Assembly (NCBI GenBank): GCA_964629685.1
Contig: CAZVTT010000001.1
Coordinates: 577,319-641,318, forward strand
Length of the DNA stretch: 64,000 bases
Source of the DNA: an uncultured Gammaproteobacteria bacterium
GTDB lineage: Bacteria > Patescibacteriota > Microgenomatia > UBA10105 > UBA927
Direction of reading: 5' to 3'
Shown here piece by piece: positions 57,303 to 64,000 of the stretch. The notes beneath the pieces were generated by a model. The model was not told the DNA's origin. It searched no databases and saw only the letters and a program-made list of their open reading frames with translations. Position 1 is the stretch's first letter, and every line of letters starts with the position of its first letter. A program made the translations under genes and the position numbers.

Positions 57303-57917
57303 ATGAACCGGGTATTAATAGCTACTACGAATCCGGCGAAATTATCCGAGATTCGGATCTTCCTTTCGGATGTACCGGTGGAACCCGTTAGTTTATCCGA
57401 CGTACACATCACCGATAGGTCACCGGAAACCGGAAACACGTTTACGGAAAACGCCGTTATGAAAGCGGAGTTTTATCAAAAGCTGTCTGGATTACCTACA
57501 ATTGCCGATGACGGGGGATTTGAAATTGCTGCCCTTCAGGGCGAACCCGGTGTTTCCTCCCATCGTTGGATATCAAAGGATCACGAAGACAGTGATGAAG
57601 ATCTAATCGCATATGCCCTGAAACGGTTAAAAGACGTTCCAGAGGGAAAGCGACAGGCTCAACTTAGGCTGGTATTGGCATTCGTACCGAGGCCGGATAA
57701 CGTATTTACTGCTGAAGCCGCGGTAAAAGGAATCGTTCCATTCCGTGCCTCTTCACATCGAACAACCGGCTTCCCGTATCGTTCGCTTCTATATATTCCT
57801 GAATTAGGTAAATTTTATGACCATGCCGAATTGACGCCGGAGGAGATGGAAACATATAATCACAGGAAACAAGCGTTAAGCGCCTTAAAACCGGAAATAC
57901 GCAAACAATTATGTTAG
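57303..57917 (+). CDS. rdgB: non-canonical purine NTP pyrophosphatase (RdgB/HAM1 family)
   Basis: IATTNPAKLSEIR N-terminus. Ham1-family length and motifs. Confidence 0.8.
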   Translation: MNRVLIATTNPAKLSEIRIFLSDVPVEPVSLSDVHITDRSPETGNTFTENAVMKAEFYQKLSGLPTIADDGGFEIAALQGEPGVSSHRWISKDHEDSDEDLIAYALKRLKDVPEGKRQAQLRLVLAFVPRPDNVFTAEAAVKGIVPFRASSHRTTGFPYRSLLYIPELGKFYDHAELTPEEMETYNHRKQALSALKPEIRKQLC

Positions 57918-59158
57918 ATATTACTTTTATTCGGGAAAATTTGGATTTATGTAAAACTGCAGCCATAAACAAGAATCGGGATGTGCAGTGGGATCAGTTG
58001 CTTACGCTGGATGACAGGAGAAAAGAGTTGATTAAGTCCACGGAAATACTTCGGCAGGAACGCAATACCCTTGCCAAAAACCACACTGGGGAATCCGTTG
58101 AACGCGGAAAGTCGATTAAACAGGAGTTAAAAGGATTAGAAGACGAATTACGCGACGTTGAAGAAAAGTTGGAAGTTGTCCTTCTGACAGTACCAAATAT
58201 ACCGCACGAAAGCGTTCCCGTGGGAAAAGACAGTAGCGGAAATGTGGAAGTGAGGAAAGTGGGTACTATCCCGGAATTTCCATTTGCACCCAAAGACCAC
58301 ATAACACTTGCCCGCGATCTGGATTTAATTGATTTTGAACGGGGTGCAAAAGTAGGAGGATTTCGTGCGTATTTTCTCAAAAATGAGGCAGCTCAACTGG
58401 AATTTGCTATATTGTTTTATGCATTAAATAAACTGAGCGCGAAAGGGTATACTCCGCTCACGGCACCGAGCTTGGTAAAGGATTTTACGTTTGTCGGTAA
58501 TGGGCAATTCCCTTGGGGAAGGGAAGAAGTATATCATCTGGAAAAAGACGATCTTTTCCTGGCAGGAACGGCGGAAGTGCCGGTAACCGCGTATTTTAGC
58601 GGTGAAACATTACAGGAAGCGGATTTACCGAAAAAATTTGTTGCGTATTCACCTTGTTATCGGAGAGAAGCCGGAAGTTACGGAAAAGATACAAAAGGGG
58701 TTTATAGGGTGCATCAATTTAATAAAATTGAACAAGTAATTATATCAACAAATGATTTGGACAATTCCTTTACTCTTCATGAAGAATTACTCAAAAACTC
58801 TGAGGAGATACTACAGGACCTAAAACTCCCTTATCGAGTACTTTTAATGTGCACTGGGGACATGGGTGAACCACAGGTAAAAAAGTATGACGTGGAAACC
58901 TGGATGCCCGGACGGAATGAGTATGGTGAAACGATGTCTAACTCGGTTATGGGTGACTTTCAGGCCAGACGGTTAAAATTAAAGTACCGTACCCGTGATG
59001 GAAAAACGTTATACTGTCATACATTAAATAATACGGCGATAGCATCTCCCCGTATCCTGATAGCTATTTTGGAAAACTATCAACAGGCAGACGGTTCAGT
59101 CCGTATCCCCGATGTCTTACAGCCGTTCCTTGGTAAAGATGTCATTAAACCACGGTAG
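57911..59158 (+). CDS. serS: seryl-tRNA synthetase
   Basis: N-terminal coiled-coil arm. Class II motifs FRRE, GSYG and G..R. Length 415 aa. Confidence 0.9.
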   Translation: MLDITFIRENLDLCKTAAINKNRDVQWDQLLTLDDRRKELIKSTEILRQERNTLAKNHTGESVERGKSIKQELKGLEDELRDVEEKLEVVLLTVPNIPHESVPVGKDSSGNVEVRKVGTIPEFPFAPKDHITLARDLDLIDFERGAKVGGFRAYFLKNEAAQLEFAILFYALNKLSAKGYTPLTAPSLVKDFTFVGNGQFPWGREEVYHLEKDDLFLAGTAEVPVTAYFSGETLQEADLPKKFVAYSPCYRREAGSYGKDTKGVYRVHQFNKIEQVIISTNDLDNSFTLHEELLKNSEEILQDLKLPYRVLLMCTGDMGEPQVKKYDVETWMPGRNEYGETMSNSVMGDFQARRLKLKYRTRDGKTLYCHTLNNTAIASPRILIAILENYQQADGSVRIPDVLQPFLGKDVIKPR

Positions 59159-59406
59159 CGTTCGGTGTTCTTCACTTTTTTTTTGTGTCATGCTCACAGG
59201 TTACTGCTTGACAAACATCCGGGAATTTTCCAATCTGATAGTACAGGGAAATTATTTACTCATGACAATACTGATTAAATAATTTCCCCGCCTGCCCGAG
59301 TCCCCGTGCGGCGCCGTACGGGGATTTATGGTAAAATAGCTTTCAAGAAGCGGCAGTTGCATCTGTCTACCTAGGGCGATACAATCCAATCTCACACACA
59401 ATATTT

Positions 59407-62178
59407 GTGCCTGCATCTGCTTCGAATGTTACGAATCACACCATGTTTAAATTTTTAGGTAAATTCATCGATAATAACGAAAAAGAAATTAATCGCCTGC
59501 GGAAAATCGTTGAGCAGGTGAATTTGCATGAAGAGGAAATGCGTAAGCTGAAAGATAGTGCATTTCCCAAAAAAACCGCTGAATTTAAAGAACGGTTACA
59601 ATCCGGGCAATCACTGGACCAACTGCTTCCTGAAGCATTTGCACTCGTGCGTGAAGCGGCCAGACGAACCATAGGCGAACGGCATTACGATGTTCAGCTT
59701 ATTTCCGCGGCGTCTTTACATGCAGGGAAAATATCCGAGCAAAAAACGGGAGAAGGAAAAACGCTATCTGCCAGTCCTGCCCTCTATCTAAATGCGCTTA
59801 CCGGACAGGGAGTGCAATTAGTTACGGTAAACGATTACCTAGCCCGTCGTGATGCCGGGTGGATGGGTCATGTATTCCATTTTTTGGGAATGTCCGTTTC
59901 GGCAATAATTAGCGAGCAGTCATTTCTGTATGATCCCGATTACGTTGACCAGAATGCTGCGGATTGGCGTTTACGTCATTTAAAACCAATTAGCAGGCGG
60001 GACGCGTATAAAGCAGATATTACGTACGGCATTAACAGTGAATTCGGGTTTGATTATTTGCGGGATAACATGGTGTCGGATGCTTCACAGGTGGTACAAC
60101 GAGAGTATCACTACGCGGTTGTGGATGAAGTTGACTCCGTATTAATTGACGAAGCACGTACTCCTCATATTATTTCCGCACCGGACAGCGAAGCCACACA
60201 TAAATATTACGATTACGCCAAGATAATAGAAAAACTCACAACGGAAATGGATTACGTTATCGATGAAAAACTTCGAACTGCACATCTTACGGAGCATGGT
60301 ATAGCCAAAGTGGAAAAAATGTTGGGTATAGGGAATATTTATGAAAAAGACTTCGGAACGGTTCATCACATCGAAGCAGCTCTTAAAGCCAGAGCGCTCT
60401 TTCATAGGGAAAAAGAATACATAGTAAAAGACGGACAAGTGGTTATTGTGGATGAGTTTACCGGTCGTCTTCTTACCGGTCGGCGGTTTAGTGAAGGAAT
60501 TCATCAGGCCATCGAAGCCAAAGAAGGCGTAGCAATTCAGCAGGAAAGTAAAACATTAGCTACGGTTTCTTTACAGAATTATTTCCGGAAGTACCAAAAA
60601 CTTGCCGGTATGACCGGGACCGCAGCTACGGAAGCCGAAGAGTTTTACAAAATATACGGTTTGGAAGTGGTAGTTATTCCCACACATAGGCCAATGGTGC
60701 GGAAAGATCATTCAGACAGTGTGTATAAAACTACCAGAGCAAAATACGCAGCGATCGTAAACGATATAATTGAGTGCCACAAACGGGGTCAGCCGGTATT
60801 GGTAGGAACGACTTCAATCGATAAGAATGAAATAATTAGTGATTATCTCCGACATAAAGGAATTCCCCATCAGGTACTGAACGCGAAGAATCATTTACAT
60901 GAGGCACTCATCATTACCGAAGCCGGAAAGAAAGGGGCCGTAACCGTGGCTACCAATATGGCTGGACGCGGGGTTGATATTATCTTGGGCGGATCAAAAA
61001 AAGAAAAATGGGAAGCCGCATCCGAAAAAGAATGGGAAAAAGAAATGAAAGATTGGCAGAAACACCATGATGAAGTTTTGGCATCCGGTGGTCTTCACGT
61101 TATCGGGAGTGAACGCCATGAAAGTCGTCGGATAGATAATCAACTTCGGGGTCGTGCCGGTCGTCAGGGAGATCCTGGATCTACCCGATTTTACGTTTCT
61201 TTGGAAGATGAAATCATGAAATTGTTCGGTGGAGATCAGGTGGCAAAATTAATGACGGTATTTAAATTGCCGGAAGATGTGCCATTGGAACATCCGATGG
61301 TAAGCCGTGCTATAGAACAAGCTCAAGTAAAAGTAGAAGGGTTTCACTTCGATTCACGAAAGCATTTGGTCGATTACGATGATGTGTTAAATAAACAACG
61401 GGAAATCGTGTATCAACGGCGGCGAAAAATCCTCGAAGGAGAAAACCAGAAAGAAAAAATACTGGAAAAGATTTCCGGTGAAATCCGCAATACCGTGCTC
61501 ATGTCTGTCGGAGATAGAGATAACAGCGTAGATATGCAACGGATTTTAACTGAATTTACCTCTATTATTCCATTCGATCCGGAATCACAGAAGCATTTGG
61601 CCTCCCAGTTAACTGATCTGAAAACGGCAGATGAAATGAGCGATTTCCTGGTAAAACTCGCGACTGATTTGTATGAGTCCAGGGAAAAACAGATTACGCC
61701 GGACGTCATGCGGCAGTTGGAACGATGGGTATGTCTGAATGTTATAGACAGTTTCTGGATGGAACACCTGGACGCTATAGATGATCTGCGCGAAGGAATC
61801 GGTTTGCGCGGATATGGTCAGCGTGAGCCGTTAGTTGAGTACAAAAACGAAGCATTTAATATGTTTGAAATGCTGTTGTCCGGTATAGACGGAGAGATTG
61901 TAAACAGGATTTATAAAGTTCAGGTGCAGATGGGTCCTGCAGTTTCGGCAACTTCCACCACAGCACCTGCAGTAAGCCCCGTTACTCCGCCGAAGTTGGA
62001 AACCGCTATTACCGAGAAAGCGAAGAAAATGCGTACTAACACCGATAGTGAAAAGGTGAAACAGACAGTAGTGAAAGCAAATTCAAAACTTGGGCGAAAT
62101 GATCCGTGTCCGTGCGGTTCCGGTAAAAAATGGAAAAAATGCCACTTCCCCGACATTCCGGTAAAGGGTGCTAAGTAA
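59407..62178 (+). CDS. secA: preprotein translocase ATPase SecA
   Basis: DEAD-like motor domains. C-terminal zinc-binding tail CPCGSGKKWKKCH. Confidence 0.9.
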   Translation: MPASASNVTNHTMFKFLGKFIDNNEKEINRLRKIVEQVNLHEEEMRKLKDSAFPKKTAEFKERLQSGQSLDQLLPEAFALVREAARRTIGERHYDVQLISAASLHAGKISEQKTGEGKTLSASPALYLNALTGQGVQLVTVNDYLARRDAGWMGHVFHFLGMSVSAIISEQSFLYDPDYVDQNAADWRLRHLKPISRRDAYKADITYGINSEFGFDYLRDNMVSDASQVVQREYHYAVVDEVDSVLIDEARTPHIISAPDSEATHKYYDYAKIIEKLTTEMDYVIDEKLRTAHLTEHGIAKVEKMLGIGNIYEKDFGTVHHIEAALKARALFHREKEYIVKDGQVVIVDEFTGRLLTGRRFSEGIHQAIEAKEGVAIQQESKTLATVSLQNYFRKYQKLAGMTGTAATEAEEFYKIYGLEVVVIPTHRPMVRKDHSDSVYKTTRAKYAAIVNDIIECHKRGQPVLVGTTSIDKNEIISDYLRHKGIPHQVLNAKNHLHEALIITEAGKKGAVTVATNMAGRGVDIILGGSKKEKWEAASEKEWEKEMKDWQKHHDEVLASGGLHVIGSERHESRRIDNQLRGRAGRQGDPGSTRFYVSLEDEIMKLFGGDQVAKLMTVFKLPEDVPLEHPMVSRAIEQAQVKVEGFHFDSRKHLVDYDDVLNKQREIVYQRRRKILEGENQKEKILEKISGEIRNTVLMSVGDRDNSVDMQRILTEFTSIIPFDPESQKHLASQLTDLKTADEMSDFLVKLATDLYESREKQITPDVMRQLERWVCLNVIDSFWMEHLDAIDDLREGIGLRGYGQREPLVEYKNEAFNMFEMLLSGIDGEIVNRIYKVQVQMGPAVSATSTTAPAVSPVTPPKLETAITEKAKKMRTNTDSEKVKQTVVKANSKLGRNDPCPCGSGKKWKKCHFPDIPVKGAK

Positions 62179-62231
62179 TTTTTACGGCGATACATACACC
62201 GTATTTTCTTCTGCTATGATGATCTCAGTTT

Positions 62232-63389
62232 ATGAAAATGAAGGCTCTTCTGTGTTGGATAGCATGTGTATACATAGGTGTGAGTTTATTGCTGCTTTTC
62301 TCTAATAATAAGCAGAATTTTTTGACATTTGATTATTGGCACACATATCCTGAGCGTGAAAAAGTATTTTTTGATTCCCAATACCGAAATCCTCATCCAA
62401 ACGGATTTATTCCGGATGAAATAGCATACGGATATGCAGGCGGCGCGCTTATCCGTGGCGGAAATCCGGTAGAGTTTATTCCGGAAGCACCACCCTTGGG
62501 AAAATACCTAATAGGACTGTCGGCGGTTTTGTTTAACAATACAAATATTCTTGTGCTTGTCTTCGGGATATTGGGTCTCGTGATGTACTACCTGGTGGCA
62601 CGGCAAATATTACGGTCAACGCTATTATCGCTGTTAGCCGTCGCGTTGGTAATAACCGAAGAATTATATAGAAATCAGTATGTATATGTTCCGCTGTTTG
62701 ATTTATTCCAATTCTTTTTTTTATTCGGTATGTTCTACTTTTTTAATACAGCCCTTAAGACGAAGCGGCATGAACTTAGGTATATGGTATTAGCGCAGAT
62801 ATGCGTGGGTTGCTTTATAGCTACAAAGTTTTTTATGTCCGGTATTGCCCTGGTTCTCCCTATGGTGTTTACCTTAATTATGCAGCAGGACTTCCGGAGA
62901 CTGAAAATGTATATATTAACTTTATGGATTCCCGTTGCCGTATTAATGGCGACGTATTTGCGTGTTTTTGCATACGGCTATACCTGGAATAAATTTTTGG
63001 GGATTCAGAAATGGATATTTATATATTGGAAAGGTGCCGTTGCTCTTCCGTTTACCATCTGGGACTTATTGGTTTTTAACCGTTGGCATACCTGGTGGGG
63101 AGATAATCAAATTCTTTCCGACTCCCAGTGGTCTCTAACATGGCCCATTATTGCGTGTGTGTACGTTGTAACGGTACTGTTATATATTTTCGGAATCATT
63201 CCCCGCAAAAAGGAAGTGGAAGTATTACTTTGGTTTGCCGTTTGGTATGGATTATTTTTGAGTGTCGGTATATCTTCCGCTCGTTATTTTGTTATATACC
63301 TTCCGGTTTTATATCTAGCCGGAATGTACGGAGTTACAGAATATCTCTTGCCCTTTATATCGACCCGTAGTAAAACACGAATAGCATAA
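62232..63389 (+). CDS. PMT_2/GT39-family (GT-C fold) glycosyltransferase-like membrane protein
   Basis: The first extracytoplasmic loop, PDEIAYGYAGGALIRGGNPVEFIPEAPPLGK, matches the DE...HPPLGK signature of phospholipid-carrier-dependent mannosyltransferase-like proteins. About 10 TM helices. Confidence 0.6.
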   Translation: MKMKALLCWIACVYIGVSLLLLFSNNKQNFLTFDYWHTYPEREKVFFDSQYRNPHPNGFIPDEIAYGYAGGALIRGGNPVEFIPEAPPLGKYLIGLSAVLFNNTNILVLVFGILGLVMYYLVARQILRSTLLSLLAVALVITEELYRNQYVYVPLFDLFQFFFLFGMFYFFNTALKTKRHELRYMVLAQICVGCFIATKFFMSGIALVLPMVFTLIMQQDFRRLKMYILTLWIPVAVLMATYLRVFAYGYTWNKFLGIQKWIFIYWKGAVALPFTIWDLLVFNRWHTWWGDNQILSDSQWSLTWPIIACVYVVTVLLYIFGIIPRKKEVEVLLWFAVWYGLFLSVGISSARYFVIYLPVLYLAGMYGVTEYLLPFISTRSKTRIA

Positions 63390-63402
63390 ATATGAATAGG
63401 AA

Positions 63403-64000
63403 AGCATCATTGGTCAGCACTATTCTGTTGGAGATTGCCGAGGAGGTCGGTGTTAAATTATTTATTGAACCGCAATGGGGATACGCCGGAAGAATCGAAA
63501 CCAAAGATGGTAGAATTTACTATTTTCATAGTACTAAGTTCGATATAAACGGATTAGGTTCCAGCGAAATTGCCCACGATAAAGCCTATGCGTCTTTCTT
63601 TATGCAACATTTAGGATATCCCGTGCCTGATGGAGAATCCTTTTATGATGATGACTGGTGCAAAATGATAAAGACGGACAGAAATACTCATGCCGCAATT
63701 GTTTACGCGGAGGAACTGGGGTATCCGGTATTGGTTAAACCCAATAGCGAAAGTCAGGGAAGAGGTGTGGAGGAAGTATTTTCACGGGATCAACTTCTGC
63801 AGGCTCTCCACCATATTTTTGTAAACTTAAACGGACATATAGCTTTAATTCAACGGGTCGTGCGTGGTAGTGATTACCGTATTGTCGTACTGGATGATAC
63901 CGTATTGTGTGCATACCGCAGGTCGCCGCTTTCTGTGGTGGGAACAGGGAAGCATACGATAATGGAATTACTTGAACAAAAACAGCAGCAATTCATAGCA
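63403..64000 (+). CDS. ATP-grasp family ligase (RimK/D-Ala-D-Ala ligase-like), 3' end beyond window
   Basis: PVLVKPNSESQGRGV...DYRIVVLD shows ATP-grasp motifs. The ORF is open at the window end. Confidence 0.55.

Noticed and set aside
1-64000. Possibility of an alternative genetic code (UGA recoding as in some CPR lineages).
   Set aside because: Long well-supported genes end at TGA, TAA and TAG alike with sensible lengths. No in-frame TGA interruptions were noticed in conserved proteins.

Overview
This 64 kb window is a low-GC (about 40%) bacterial chromosomal segment with Gram-positive-like or CPR-like character. It combines housekeeping genes with an accessory middle section rich in secreted and membrane proteins.

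Housekeeping genes:
- A SUF Fe-S assembly cluster: sufB (5'-truncated by the window edge), a short sufD, a Rieske protein, sufS, sufU and a ferredoxin.
- korAB (2-oxoacid:ferredoxin oxidoreductase).
- lon, preceded by a CIRCE-like operator.
- radC, an LCP-family protein, rlmN and hflX.
- An archaeal-type aspS behind a T-box leader.
- rsmG, a cold-shock protein gene, rsgA and greA with a leader terminator.
- lysS fused to a YqeK-like HD domain, followed by rdgB, serS and secA.

Accessory, secreted and membrane genes:
- A collagen-like GXY-repeat protein and two PT-rich secreted proteins.
- A 791-aa NHL-repeat protein and a bactofilin.
- A DUF2207 membrane protein and two PMT_2/GT-C glycosyltransferase-like membrane proteins.
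- An O-antigen-ligase-like protein and a YflT-like stress protein flanked by SD-perfect micro-ORFs.

Most unusual features:
- A roughly 7 kb module (41056-48174) bracketed by two diverged ~380 bp direct repeats. Each repeat is a promoter, structured leader and small-membrane-protein unit. The module carries a ClpA/C-like AAA+ ATPase, a 961-aa protein with an S/T/P/Q-rich disordered tail, small unknown ORFs, a pair of palindromic operators and a methyltransferase.
- tRNA-Glu(CUC) at 52879-52952 (minus strand). Downstream of its 3' end lie two tandem repeats of the tRNA 3' end, each followed by its own terminator hairpin. A third, older copy sits about 2 kb away, delimiting a small island with a GIY-YIG nuclease and an acyltransferase-3 gene.

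No CRISPR array, integrase or transposase was recognised. All calls are from reading the sequence and the ORF translations; no database search was possible.
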